A stretch of 64,000 bases of DNA. Origin: a virus. Within the stretch, counting starts at the first letter, position 1, and every line of letters begins with the position of its first letter. The translations under genes and the position numbers were made by a program. Positions 36,641-46,456 of this stretch are shown here, one piece after another. The notes beneath the pieces are model-generated. The model did not search any database. It saw nothing but the letters and a program-made list of their open reading frames with translations, and was not told the origin of the DNA. Where the stretch lies: the IMG/VR virus record IMGVR_UViG_3300035670_000132, positions 1-64,000 of that record; one strand, written 5' to 3'.

Positions 36641-38277
36641 TGCCAGTAAAAAGCTATCTTGGCAATCCTAATCTAAAAGCTGCTGGTGTTCAGATTGGTT
36701 TCACAAAAGAGCAGCTAGAAGAGTATCTGAAGTGCGCTGAAGATCCAGTCTACTTCATCAACAATTACTGTAAAATTGTCACGCTAGATCATGGTTTGCA
36801 GCCGTTCACACTGTATCCTTGTCAGGTCAATAAAGTCAAAGTCATTCATGAGAATCGTAAAGTCATTCTCATGGAAGGTCGTCAGCAAGGCAAGACAACA
36901 ACATCAGCAGCATATATTCTCTGGTACACAATCTTTCAAGAGAGCAAGACTGTAGCGATTCTAGCTAACAAAGCGCCTGCTGCTAGAGAAGTTTTGTATC
37001 GCTATCAGTTGATGTATGAGAATCTTCCTATGTGGATGCAACAAGGTGTCACGACATGGAACAAAGGTGACATCGCACTAGAGAACGGATCAATCGTCTT
37101 TACAGCCGCAACATCAGCATCTGGTATTCGCGGCAAGTCTGTAAACTTGCTTTACGTTGACGAGACTGCGATTATTCCAAACAACATCGCAGAGCAGTTC
37201 TTCACTTCAGTCTATCCAACAATCTCTGCTGGTGAAACGACAAAGATTCTTCTGTCATCTACGCCACTTGGATACAATCATTTCTGGAAGTTCTGGAACG
37301 ATGCAAAGAACGGTAGAAACGGCTTCATAACACTATTCATACCGTATTGGGAGATTCCTGGTCGCGACGAGAAGTGGGCTGAAGAGCAACGCAAGCTACT
37401 GGGCGATCTCAAGTATAATCAAGAAGTCTTATGTAACTTCTTGGGATCAAGTCTAACGCTAGTCAATGCTGATACGATTGCACAGTTGTCACCAATGCCA
37501 CCAATTTACAGCAAAGATGGTCTCGATGTGTTTGAAGCTCCAGACAAGACACACTCTTATGTGATCGTAGCAGACACCGCTAAGGGCGTAGGCGGCGACT
37601 ACTCTGCATTTTCAGTTGTTGATGTTACGTCAGTCCCATATAGAATGATAGCAAAGTATCGTGACAATCAAGTAAGTCCGATGCTCTATCCGTCAATTAT
37701 TCAAAAAGTGGGCAAAGAATATAATGATGCTTATGTCATGCTTGAGATAAATTCTTCCGAACAAGTAGCACATATTCTACACGACGAATATGAATATGAG
37801 AACATCATTTATGTGACTAGAAACACTAAGAACGGTCAGATAGTTTCTGGTGGCTTTGGCGGTGGCAAAACTCAGCTAGGAGTAAACACAGACAAAAAAG
37901 TCAAGCGCATTGGATGTTTCAACTTCAAGACTTTGATGGAAGAAAAGAAGTTGTTTGTTCCTGACGCAGACACAATTGCAGAGATTTCGACTTTCATTGA
38001 ACGAAAAAATTCATATGAAGCTGACGAAGGATATCACGATGACCTAGTGATGACGCTTGTTCTATTTTCGTGGCTGACGACAAATCCATACTTCAAAGAA
38101 TTGTCTAATGTCAATCTAAGACAAATTATCTACGAAAAACGCATGCAAGCGATTGAAGATGAACTAACACCGTTCGGTTTTATAAATACCGGAAGTGAAG
38201 ACGAAATTGAAATAGACGGTTCAGGTCAAGTTTGGAGCAAACAATCCAACGCTCAAGAATTTGATTTTTATAAATAA
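36640..38277 (+). CDS. gp17: terminase large subunit
   Basis: YLGNPNLK, Walker A RQQGKTT, Walker B LLYVDE, STP.G.NHF, nuclease HDDLVM. Confidence 0.96.
   Translation: MPVKSYLGNPNLKAAGVQIGFTKEQLEEYLKCAEDPVYFINNYCKIVTLDHGLQPFTLYPCQVNKVKVIHENRKVILMEGRQQGKTTTSAAYILWYTIFQESKTVAILANKAPAAREVLYRYQLMYENLPMWMQQGVTTWNKGDIALENGSIVFTAATSASGIRGKSVNLLYVDETAIIPNNIAEQFFTSVYPTISAGETTKILLSSTPLGYNHFWKFWNDAKNGRNGFITLFIPYWEIPGRDEKWAEEQRKLLGDLKYNQEVLCNFLGSSLTLVNADTIAQLSPMPPIYSKDGLDVFEAPDKTHSYVIVADTAKGVGGDYSAFSVVDVTSVPYRMIAKYRDNQVSPMLYPSIIQKVGKEYNDAYVMLEINSSEQVAHILHDEYEYENIIYVTRNTKNGQIVSGGFGGGKTQLGVNTDKKVKRIGCFNFKTLMEEKKLFVPDADTIAEISTFIERKNSYEADEGYHDDLVMTLVLFSWLTTNPYFKELSNVNLRQIIYEKRMQAIEDELTPFGFINTGSEDEIEIDGSGQVWSKQSNAQEFDFYK
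38269..38276 (+). promoter_or_regulatory. T4-type late promoter
   Basis: TATAAATA upstream of gp18; a second copy lies at 38181-38188 inside gp17. Confidence 0.7.
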
Positions 38278-38344
38278 TTGCACGTAAGAGTAAAAAATGA
38301 TAATGAGTGAAGACACTAAATTCTTATAAACAAGGAGAAAAAAC

Positions 38345-40264
38345 ATGGCAGTAAATCTACTTTCACCAGGCGTGAAGATCACAGAAGCTGATCTAGTCAC
38401 AACAGTTCCAGCTGCTGGTCCTGTCGTTGGCGCTTCAGTTGGTGATTTTCGCTGGGGTCCAATCAACGCACCAACTCTAGTTTCTAGCGAAGCTGATCTA
38501 GTAGCTAAGTTCGGTAAGCCAGACGGAACAACAATCGTTGACTTTCTAGTCGCAGCAAACTTCCTATCTTATTCTGGCGCAGAATACGTAGTTCGCGCAG
38601 CAAATACAGACGCAGCACTAAACGCAACAGCAGAAGCAACAACAGGTTCTGGCACAGCAGGAACTGGTCTTCTAGTTGAAAATGATGACGTTTATGACGC
38701 AGAAGTCGCTGATGGTTCAGCAGACGTTGGTCCATGGATCGCTAAGTATGCTGGCTCACTAGGAAACTCACTAAAAGTTTCAGTTTGCCCAAGCGCAGCC
38801 GCATGGTCCAAAACACTAACAGGCACATGGGACGTAACAGTAGCATCTAACACAGCAACATCAACAGCGGGCGCTGCTGACGATGAACTAGCTGTTGGCG
38901 ATACAGTTGTTATTGGCGGAAATACACTAGTTGTTGCTAGCGTAACTGATGCAAATACAATCGTTTTCACATCAGATGCAACAGAAAACGTAACTGGCGG
39001 AACAGCAAACGCAGAATGGGCATACACAGACTTGTTTGATGCTGCACCAGGAACATCACTTTCAGCAGAACTAAAAGGCGCTTCAGCAGACGAAATGCAC
39101 ATCGTCGTTATTGACGAAGATGGTCTATTCTCTGGCACAAAGGGAACAGTTCTAGAAAAGTTTGCTGGCGTTTCAAAGGGCTCTGACGCACGTAGCACAG
39201 ACGGCGCTTCTAACTATTACAAAGATGTCATCAATGTTCGTTCAAAGCATATTCGTTGGGCAGATCACGACGACATGGGTTCCAATTGGGGAACAGCACT
39301 AGTTAGCTCTGCTGGCGTTTCTACTGCATACACAGAAACAGCAAGTCGTCCTGGTACATACAGCCTATCAGGTGGTTTAGACGCTGCACCAACAGCAGGC
39401 AACAAGCAAGCTGGATTCGCTCTTCTAAACAACAAAGAAACATACGGCGACGTAACTGTTCTAATTGCTGGCGTAGCTAATACAGCTACAGTCAACGCAA
39501 TGATCGCAATTGCTGAGTATCGCAAAGACTTGATGGTCACATTCTCACCAGAGTTTGATGACGTAGTAAACAATGCTGGCGGCGAGACTGACGCAGTAAA
39601 TACATTTGCAAATACAATTACACGCAGCAACTACGCTATCATGGACTCTGGCTGGAAGTATCAGTATAACAAGTATGCTGACAACTACGTTTGGGTTCCA
39701 CTAAACGCTGACGTTGCTGGATGCTTGGCAAGAGTTGATCAAGAGCGTGCATCATGGTTCTCACCAGCTGGCTATGCACAAGGTCGTATTCTAAATGCAG
39801 TCAAGCTAGCATGGAATCCAGACCAAAACGCTCGTGACGCACTCTACAAGAATGCAGTAAACCCAGTCATCAATCAGCCAGGTCGCGGCACAATCTTGTT
39901 CGGCGACAAGACATTCACAACAAGACCAGGTTCATTCAGCAGAATCAATGTTCGTCGTCTATTCATCACTCTAGAAAAGAGCATCGGCGCACTAGCTGCT
40001 GATCTACTATTCGAACAGAATGATGACGCAACAAGAGCTGGCTTTGTGAATACAGTTGAGCCATATCTACGCAGCGTCGTCGCTCAGCGTGGTATTGCAC
40101 AATTCGTTGTAGTTTGCAATGAGACAAATAACCCAGAAGATATCGTAAATGCTAACTCATTTGTCGCAGACATCTATGTTAGACCAGTATCTTCAATCAA
40201 CTTCATTCAGTTGAACTTCGTCTCAGTAGCAGGTGCAGCACAATTCGCAGCGATCGGCGGCTAA
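38345..40264 (+). CDS. gp18: tail sheath protein
   Basis: SPGV...E.D, F.WGP, W.SPAG..RG, LFGDKT, RINVRRLF, YV.P..SINFI.LNFV. Confidence 0.96.
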   Translation: MAVNLLSPGVKITEADLVTTVPAAGPVVGASVGDFRWGPINAPTLVSSEADLVAKFGKPDGTTIVDFLVAANFLSYSGAEYVVRAANTDAALNATAEATTGSGTAGTGLLVENDDVYDAEVADGSADVGPWIAKYAGSLGNSLKVSVCPSAAAWSKTLTGTWDVTVASNTATSTAGAADDELAVGDTVVIGGNTLVVASVTDANTIVFTSDATENVTGGTANAEWAYTDLFDAAPGTSLSAELKGASADEMHIVVIDEDGLFSGTKGTVLEKFAGVSKGSDARSTDGASNYYKDVINVRSKHIRWADHDDMGSNWGTALVSSAGVSTAYTETASRPGTYSLSGGLDAAPTAGNKQAGFALLNNKETYGDVTVLIAGVANTATVNAMIAIAEYRKDLMVTFSPEFDDVVNNAGGETDAVNTFANTITRSNYAIMDSGWKYQYNKYADNYVWVPLNADVAGCLARVDQERASWFSPAGYAQGRILNAVKLAWNPDQNARDALYKNAVNPVINQPGRGTILFGDKTFTTRPGSFSRINVRRLFITLEKSIGALAADLLFEQNDDATRAGFVNTVEPYLRSVVAQRGIAQFVVVCNETNNPEDIVNANSFVADIYVRPVSSINFIQLNFVSVAGAAQFAAIGG

Positions 40265-40285
40265 TTCTGGCATAGTTCGGTAAAA

Positions 40286-40316
40286 TGAGTGAGAGTGTTA
40301 TTAGCACTCTCACTCA
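40286..40316. other. 12-bp perfect inverted repeat (stem-loop) between gp18 and gp19
   Basis: TGAGTGAGAGTG-TTATTAG-CACTCTCACTCA; no U-tract on the + strand. Confidence 0.7.
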
Positions 40317-40337
40317 AACAACTAAAAGGAGAAAAAT

Positions 40338-40871
40338 ATGTCATTTAGCGTAAACGATCTAAGAACGGCAATGGGTTTGGGCGTTCGTCCAAATCTATTC
40401 AGAGTCACATTTGCGACTGGTTTTGTGGGAGCACAGAACAGCCAAGCATCAGTTTTAGTGAAGTCGGCAGCACTACCAGGAGACACAATCGGAATGATTG
40501 AAGTTCCACACATGGGTGGTCGCAGACTAAAAGTTGCTGGTGATCGCACATTTGCTGACTGGACAATGACTGTTCTAAACGATAAAGACTATACTGTGAG
40601 AAAAGCACTAGAAACTTATCAAAATAAGTTTGTTGACATTGACTACACAAAGACAACGGTTGGAACAAGAATTGCTAACGGTGCTCCAGCAGCATTGACA
40701 GTCATTACAGTTGAGCAGCTAGACACAAACGGAAGTGCAACACTAAGAACTTATAAGTTGAATAACTGTTTCGTAACCGAAATTTCAGCAATTGATCTTT
40801 CATACGATAGCAGCGACGCAATTGAAGAGTACACAGTGAACTGGACTTATGATTACTTCACAGTATCTTAA
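40338..40871 (+). CDS. gp19: tail tube protein, copy A
   Basis: G.RPNLF.V, KSA.LPG..IG.IEVP..GR.LK.AGDRTF.DW..TV.ND, I.LSYD....IEE..V...Y. Confidence 0.9.
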   Translation: MSFSVNDLRTAMGLGVRPNLFRVTFATGFVGAQNSQASVLVKSAALPGDTIGMIEVPHMGGRRLKVAGDRTFADWTMTVLNDKDYTVRKALETYQNKFVDIDYTKTTVGTRIANGAPAALTVITVEQLDTNGSATLRTYKLNNCFVTEISAIDLSYDSSDAIEEYTVNWTYDYFTVS

Positions 40872-40874
40872 TAC

Positions 40875-40882
40875 TATAAATA
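40875..40882 (+). promoter_or_regulatory. T4-type late promoter
   Basis: TATAAATA followed by a strong SD (AAGGAGGT) for the second tube gene. Confidence 0.8.
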
Positions 40883-40901
40883 ATACATAAGGAGGTTCAA
40901 A

Positions 40902-41438
40902 ATGGCTATCTCAACAATTACAGCAATCACTTCTCAACTAAAGTCTGGTGCGCGCCCAAATCTATTTAATGTTGCAGTGACAGCTCCGGGTGGCGCAACT
41001 TCAACAACATTGCCAACAAATGCTAGTTTGCTCTGCAAAGCAGGTCAAGCTCCAGCATACACAATTGGCATGATTGAAGTTCCATTCAGAGGAAGAAGAA
41101 TCAAGCTACCGGGTGATCGCACATTCGCAGAATGGACTGCGACATTCATCGTCGATGAAGGATACAAAGTAAGAAAATACTTTGAAGAGTGGGCAAACTT
41201 TGTCAAAGCAAGAGACTTCACTTCTGGCGCAAACAGAACAGTCGCTGGAAACAACGTTGGCTACTACGGCACTATTGACGTCATTCAACTAAGTGACGAC
41301 AATAAAGCAGTGAGAACATATTCTTTGAAAGATGTGTTCCCAACAGACGTAGCTCAGATTGATGTCTCTTATGACACGACTGATGCTATCATGGAATTCA
41401 GTGTCACTTTCCAGTATCACTACTTCACAGTAAAGTAA
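40902..41438 (+). CDS. gp19: tail tube protein, copy B
   Basis: GARPNLF, IEVPFRGR.IK.PGDRTF.EWT.T, FPT.V..ID.SYD..D.I.EF.VTFQY. Confidence 0.92.
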   Translation: MAISTITAITSQLKSGARPNLFNVAVTAPGGATSTTLPTNASLLCKAGQAPAYTIGMIEVPFRGRRIKLPGDRTFAEWTATFIVDEGYKVRKYFEEWANFVKARDFTSGANRTVAGNNVGYYGTIDVIQLSDDNKAVRTYSLKDVFPTDVAQIDVSYDTTDAIMEFSVTFQYHYFTVK

Positions 41439-41486
41439 ATTGAAGTATTTCGCAACGACTAAATAGTTGCGTAATAGTTTTCAACA

Positions 41487-41517
41487 AAAAGGGGCTATTA
41501 CGCCCCTTTTCTTTTTT
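41487..41517 (+). terminator. intrinsic terminator after tube genes, part of an alternative-structure switch
   Basis: AAAAGGGGC-TATTAC-GCCCCTTTT followed by CTTTTTT. Confidence 0.8.
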
Positions 41518-41534
41518 GTCAACAAGGACTTCAC

Positions 41535-43196
41535 ATGGCTATTCGTTTATTTGGTTACAAGATCGGCAAAGACGACACAGAAAAAGATGATCTAAAATCT
41601 TTCGTTCCTCCAGCAGATGACGAAGGCGCTGTGTCAGTCATGGGCGGCGGCGTCTACGGAACATACGTTGATCTTGAAGGTCAGATTAGAAACGACGCAG
41701 AACTAATCAAAAAATACAGAGAGATGTCTCAGCAAGCTGAATGCGATGCAGCAATTGACGATATTGTCAATGAAGCAATCGTATATCAAGAAGATGACTA
41801 TCCTGTGCAGATCAATCTTGAAAAGCTAGAGCAGCCAGAATCTATCAAAAAGAAAATTAGTGATGAGTATTACTATCTACTAAAGCTGTTGGACTTCAAT
41901 AATCAGAGTTATGACATTTTCCGTCGCTGGTACGTTGATGGAAGACTATTCTATCACATGATGATTGATGACAAAACACCAAGAGCTGGATTGAAAGAGA
42001 TTCGTTACGTTGATCCAAGAAAGATCAGAAAAGTAAGAGAGATCAATAAGAGCAAGCCTCCAGTTGGAACTGGTGCACAGTCACTAGAGAATATTCAACA
42101 GAAACCGCTTGAATATTATGTGTTTTCAGAACAAGGATTCGCAAGAGACAATTCGCAAGGATTGAAAATTTCTCCAGACGCAATTTGCTATGTTCACTCT
42201 GGCATCACAGACAAAGACGGTAAAGTCATCGTATCTCATTTGCATAAAGCAATCAAGCCGATGAATCAATTGAGAATGCTTGAAGATGCGACAGTCATTT
42301 ACAGATTGTCTAGAGCACCTGAGAGAAGAATTTTCTACATTGACGTTGGTAACTTGCCAAAGATCAAAGCTGAACAGTATCTTCGTGACATCATGCAAAA
42401 GTACAAGAACAAGCTAGTTTACGATGCGCAGACTGGTGAAATTCGTGATGATCGCAGATTTCAGACTATGCTTGAAGATTTCTGGCTACCTCGTCGCGAA
42501 GGTGGAAAAGGAACAGAGATCACGACACTTCCAGCTGGCCAGAACTTAGGCGAAATTGAAGACGTTCTTTACTTCCAGAAGAAGCTATACAAGGCGCTAA
42601 ATGTTCCAGTTTCACGTTTAGAATCAGACACCGGGTTCTCTCTTGGTCGATCATCAGAAATCACTCGCGACGAATTGAAGTTCACTAAGTTCGTTCAAAG
42701 ACTTAGACTTAGATTCTCACACTTGTTTGACAGACTTCTTGAGACACAACTTCTGCTAAAGGGAATTTGCACTCGCCAAGAATGGCAACAGATGCGCGAA
42801 CAAATCAACTACGATTTCGTCGGTGATCAATACTTCAGTGAGTTCAAAGAAGCTGAGATCATGAAAGAGCGCATCGCGATTCTTACAGACATTGATCAGT
42901 TCGTTGGCAAGTATATCTCACGTAACTTTGTTCGCACTAAAATTTTGCGTCAAACTGAAGATGACATCAAGCAAATTGATCAAGAGATGAAAGAAGAGTT
43001 GCCACTTGAAGAAGCTGATGCTGAAGCTGAAGCAGCAAATCAAATGCCACCTCCGCCACCTCCACCTCCAGCAGCTAAGATCGTGATTCAGAAAGAAGAA
43101 CTTCGCGACGTAGATGACACAGATCAAAAAGAGCTAGCGAAGTCGATGACAAAGTTTTTTGATGTGTTGACTGAAGAAACGAAGAATGACAAGTAA
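41535..43196 (+). CDS. gp20: portal vertex protein
   Basis: YR.M....[59 protein letters not shown]. Confidence 0.97.
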   Translation: MAIRLFGYKIGKDDTEKDDLKSFVPPADDEGAVSVMGGGVYGTYVDLEGQIRNDAELIKKYREMSQQAECDAAIDDIVNEAIVYQEDDYPVQINLEKLEQPESIKKKISDEYYYLLKLLDFNNQSYDIFRRWYVDGRLFYHMMIDDKTPRAGLKEIRYVDPRKIRKVREINKSKPPVGTGAQSLENIQQKPLEYYVFSEQGFARDNSQGLKISPDAICYVHSGITDKDGKVIVSHLHKAIKPMNQLRMLEDATVIYRLSRAPERRIFYIDVGNLPKIKAEQYLRDIMQKYKNKLVYDAQTGEIRDDRRFQTMLEDFWLPRREGGKGTEITTLPAGQNLGEIEDVLYFQKKLYKALNVPVSRLESDTGFSLGRSSEITRDELKFTKFVQRLRLRFSHLFDRLLETQLLLKGICTRQEWQQMREQINYDFVGDQYFSEFKEAEIMKERIAILTDIDQFVGKYISRNFVRTKILRQTEDDIKQIDQEMKEELPLEEADAEAEAANQMPPPPPPPPAAKIVIQKEELRDVDDTDQKELAKSMTKFFDVLTEETKNDK

Positions 43197-44304
43197 GATA
43201 TTAGATGACGCTATCAATTTAGCAACGTCAATAGCGTATACTAAACGCGAGATTGGCAAGCTAAGAGATGTCATCGAAGAGCTAAAAACTACTCAGCAAG
43301 ACAAGCTGATTGTTGAGTACGTTGAAGGTCCTCGTGGTGAGCAAGGACCTCGTGGCATGCCTGGCTTGAGAGGCGACACAGGAGAACGAGGTCTTATTGG
43401 CGAACAAGGACCACAAGGCGAACAAGGTATTCAGGGAATTCAAGGCGAACAAGGTATTCAAGGACCAGTAGGTCCACAAGGCGAACAAGGCATTCAAGGC
43501 GAACGCGGAGAAAAGGGCGAAAAAGGTGACAAAGGCGACACTGGAGAACGCGGCGAAAAAGGCGACAAAGGAGAGAAGGGTGATCCTGGCATTCAGGGTC
43601 CTGTTGGCGCTGTCGGTCCTAAAGGCGAGAAGGGTGACAAGGGCGACAAAGGCGAGAAGGGCGACACTGGAGCACAAGGAAAACAAGGCGCTAAAGGTTC
43701 TAAAGGCGACAAGGGTGACAAAGGTGATCAAGGACCTATGGGACCGGCTGGTCTTCCTGGCACGAAAGGTGACACGGGCGAAGTAGGGCCACAAGGTCCA
43801 GCTGGCGTAAACGGCAAAGACGGCAAGACTCCAGATGTCAAGCCGTTCATCGAGCAGATCAGCGAACACTACAAGAAACTTCAGTCTGCATTGATCACTA
43901 AAGTGAACATGGCTATCACTAATCTTGGTGGTGGCGGTGGCAGCGGCGGTGGTTCTGTCAACATTCTTGACAACGATGACGTCGAATTCGCTCAACTGTC
44001 TTCAGTCTCAAACAACGCAATTCTAATATTTGACTCAACTAAGAAGAAGTTCATTGTTCGCGATCTAGTAGAGTTCATAAATAGTGTACAAACAGGAGTA
44101 GAAGTGCAGTACAACAAACTCATTGATGTATCTGGCGATTACACTTACATTGGTGAAGCAGTACCAGGCACATCTCAATCAGCATCAACTTGGCGCATCA
44201 AGCGTGTAGAGCAAATAGGACCAGACTACAACATTCTATGGGCAAGTGGCTCAGCAGAATTTGATAAAGTCTGGAACGATAGAACAACTTATACTTACTT
44301 CTAA
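43186..44304 (+). CDS. collagen triple-helix repeat protein (putative head/neck fibre)
   Basis: 56 uninterrupted Gly-X-Y triplets (43327-43830), a Gly linker and a small C-terminal domain YIGEA.PG...S...WRIKR...W..R..Y. Confidence 0.9.
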   Translation: MTSKILDDAINLATSIAYTKREIGKLRDVIEELKTTQQDKLIVEYVEGPRGEQGPRGMPGLRGDTGERGLIGEQGPQGEQGIQGIQGEQGIQGPVGPQGEQGIQGERGEKGEKGDKGDTGERGEKGDKGEKGDPGIQGPVGAVGPKGEKGDKGDKGEKGDTGAQGKQGAKGSKGDKGDKGDQGPMGPAGLPGTKGDTGEVGPQGPAGVNGKDGKTPDVKPFIEQISEHYKKLQSALITKVNMAITNLGGGGGSGGGSVNILDNDDVEFAQLSSVSNNAILIFDSTKKKFIVRDLVEFINSVQTGVEVQYNKLIDVSGDYTYIGEAVPGTSQSASTWRIKRVEQIGPDYNILWASGSAEFDKVWNDRTTYTYF

Positions 44305-44312
44305 GGATTATC

Positions 44313-44735
44313 ATGATAAAGATAGCAGGTCTATGGGAACTAGGATGGAACACACCCATAAAAGAAGTAGAACAGTGGGAGTTTCCTCTTCGTGATTACG
44401 GCGTAGATGAATTCATTATGAGTCCAGTATCTGGAATTTCAAATAATGCGGTAAAAGAAGTTCCTGATATGGAGGCATTTTTAATAGATCAGAGGTCGCA
44501 AGGCTATTCAATTGTATTCGTTGATGAAAATGCGCCAGCTACGCTATCAGAATTTGATCATCCAGTTGACAATGTTGTATATGTTTTTGGAAAAGCGTCT
44601 CTAAGTCCCATGATAGCTTTTAGTAAGCCAGAAGACAAATCTATAAAAATACCAACCAAGAGCAACTTAGGACTACTTTGGCCACATCAAGTTGCTGTGC
44701 TAATACTAAATGACAGATTTGTGAAAGGTCTATAA
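44313..44735 (+). CDS. putative SPOUT-superfamily (SpoU/TrmH/TrmL-like) methyltransferase
   Basis: C-terminal knot pattern L.EF.HP....YVFG ... I.IP.....L....VA...L.DR; 140 aa. Confidence 0.6.
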   Translation: MIKIAGLWELGWNTPIKEVEQWEFPLRDYGVDEFIMSPVSGISNNAVKEVPDMEAFLIDQRSQGYSIVFVDENAPATLSEFDHPVDNVVYVFGKASLSPMIAFSKPEDKSIKIPTKSNLGLLWPHQVAVLILNDRFVKGL

Positions 44736-46397
44736 ATGGCTGTAATTATAACAGACCATAGAACGGTTATAAATGAAGCCGATTCGACAACTGGATGGAC
44801 TGGCGTAAACTCGTTGTTTACGTCTAACCCAGATCCTGTTGAATCAACAGGTTGTTTAGGTAGTGTGATTTCAACAACTACTTCTGATGTTTATTTCACA
44901 ATCACTGCTACAGATTATTCAGACGACATTATCTACATATGGACAAGACCATTCGGTACAATGGATACATTGACTAACGGTGGAATTGGCGTTTATCTGA
45001 GTGACGGAACTAATAGCGTTTCTTTTCACATTGCAGGAAGCGACTCGTCTTCTTTTAGATATAACGAGGGTCCAGTTGAATGGCAATGTGTAGCTATAGA
45101 TACAACAGCTTTACCAACTTTATTGACTAATAGAGGCGGAACTCCAGCTAACTTGAACTTGGCATCAATCACTAGAGTAGGAATAACATACAAAACTCTA
45201 CAAAAAGCTCTCGGTGGCGTATCTAACTGCTTCACCGACATTATGAGATACTTTACTCCTGGCGCAAATGATAACTGCGCAATTACTGTATCTGGCGGAA
45301 CTAGCGTAGATCCGGGCAACTTTCTTCAATTAGCTCTCGCAGATAGAGGCACGGGAGATTTACAAGCATACGGAGTATTTCACAGACTTGCGACTAGCTC
45401 ATACGGTATTCAAGCTCCTATACGATTTGGCGATACTGGCACAGGATCAAGTTGGTTCGAAGATTTCAATTCGACTGTAGTTTTCGAAGCTAGAGATTTC
45501 GCAACTACTAGATATAAAATTTTTATCACCGACAACGGAGTAGGCACAACAACTTTCAAATTAGGAAATAAAGTAGGAACAGGAACAACATCAACAGGAT
45601 CAGACGGATGTAATATTATCGTTCCTTCTGGCGTTGGTGCAGAATTTGACAGCCAAACAAATACTAATGTAACTGACGTTTTCTTGTATGGATCATTCTT
45701 CTCTGGATTCACGAACGGATTCAAGATGAGAACAAGTCAAGAATTTATAGATTCGACATTGACTTTATCGGGAACATTCTCTCCTAAAGGCGCATTAGTA
45801 TATAACAGCACAGTTTCATCACCATCAGCGAACGTTGGAATGATTATTGATTCTCCGAGTGAAGTTTCTAATGTAGTGAACTCTTTATTTTCTGGTTGCA
45901 ATAACGCAATTGAAATCACTGCGGCTGGAGAATATGATTTTGATAATCTAACATTCATTGGCAATACGTATGACATATTGAATTCTTCAACTGGAACAGT
46001 TACTATCAATGCTCTCAATGGAACAAATGTATCTACTTTCATAAACACGAACGGTGGATCTACAGTAATCAATAATGCAAAGACATTTACAATAACTAAC
46101 GTAGCCGCAAATACTGAAATTAGAATTCTCAGACAGTCGGACTTAGTTGAACTTGCTGGCGCTGAAGATGTGGGCAATACAACACCAGGAACATTCAATA
46201 CAGTCATAGCAACAGATCCAGTAAACTCAGGAAGATATACAGTTAGTTACACATATTCTTATTCAGCAGATATCGACGTATTTGTTGTAGCGCATAGCTT
46301 GTCTTTCCAGTGGTTGAGATCAAAAGCAACACTTTCAGACACTAATTCATCATTGCAAATATCTCAATTGTCAGATAGACAATATCAGAATCCATAA
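44736..46397 (+). CDS. putative virion structural protein (beta-rich, probable beta-helix segment)
   Basis: Thr/Ser/Gly-rich 553 aa; AIEIT.AGEY.FDNLTF.GN.YDI.N segment; abuts the upstream gene. Confidence 0.6.
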   Translation: MAVIITDHRTVINEADSTTGWTGVNSLFTSNPDPVESTGCLGSVISTTTSDVYFTITATDYSDDIIYIWTRPFGTMDTLTNGGIGVYLSDGTNSVSFHIAGSDSSSFRYNEGPVEWQCVAIDTTALPTLLTNRGGTPANLNLASITRVGITYKTLQKALGGVSNCFTDIMRYFTPGANDNCAITVSGGTSVDPGNFLQLALADRGTGDLQAYGVFHRLATSSYGIQAPIRFGDTGTGSSWFEDFNSTVVFEARDFATTRYKIFITDNGVGTTTFKLGNKVGTGTTSTGSDGCNIIVPSGVGAEFDSQTNTNVTDVFLYGSFFSGFTNGFKMRTSQEFIDSTLTLSGTFSPKGALVYNSTVSSPSANVGMIIDSPSEVSNVVNSLFSGCNNAIEITAAGEYDFDNLTFIGNTYDILNSSTGTVTINALNGTNVSTFINTNGGSTVINNAKTFTITNVAANTEIRILRQSDLVELAGAEDVGNTTPGTFNTVIATDPVNSGRYTVSYTYSYSADIDVFVVAHSLSFQWLRSKATLSDTNSSLQISQLSDRQYQNP

Positions 46398-46456
46398 AAG
46401 CATAAATAGTAAATAGTCTCGCGGGCTAAAATAAAAACAAAAAGGAGAACAGAGCC

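Noticed and set aside
38277-38345. tRNA or structured ncRNA in intergenic gaps
   Set aside because: The gaps are short and explained by promoters, SD sites and terminators; no cloverleaf or T-loop motif seen.
36640-43196. Introns, inteins or homing endonucleases in terminase, sheath or portal
   Set aside because: The ORFs are continuous and of ordinary length, with no LAGLIDADG, HNH or GIY-YIG motifs noticed.
43327-43830. Short tandem DNA repeats resembling an array or CRISPR
   Set aside because: 9-bp periodic coding repeats with no unique spacers; no cas genes.
43282-43995. 237-aa minus-strand ORF and 86-aa alternate-frame ORF
   Set aside because: By-products of Gly-X-Y codon periodicity in the collagen gene.
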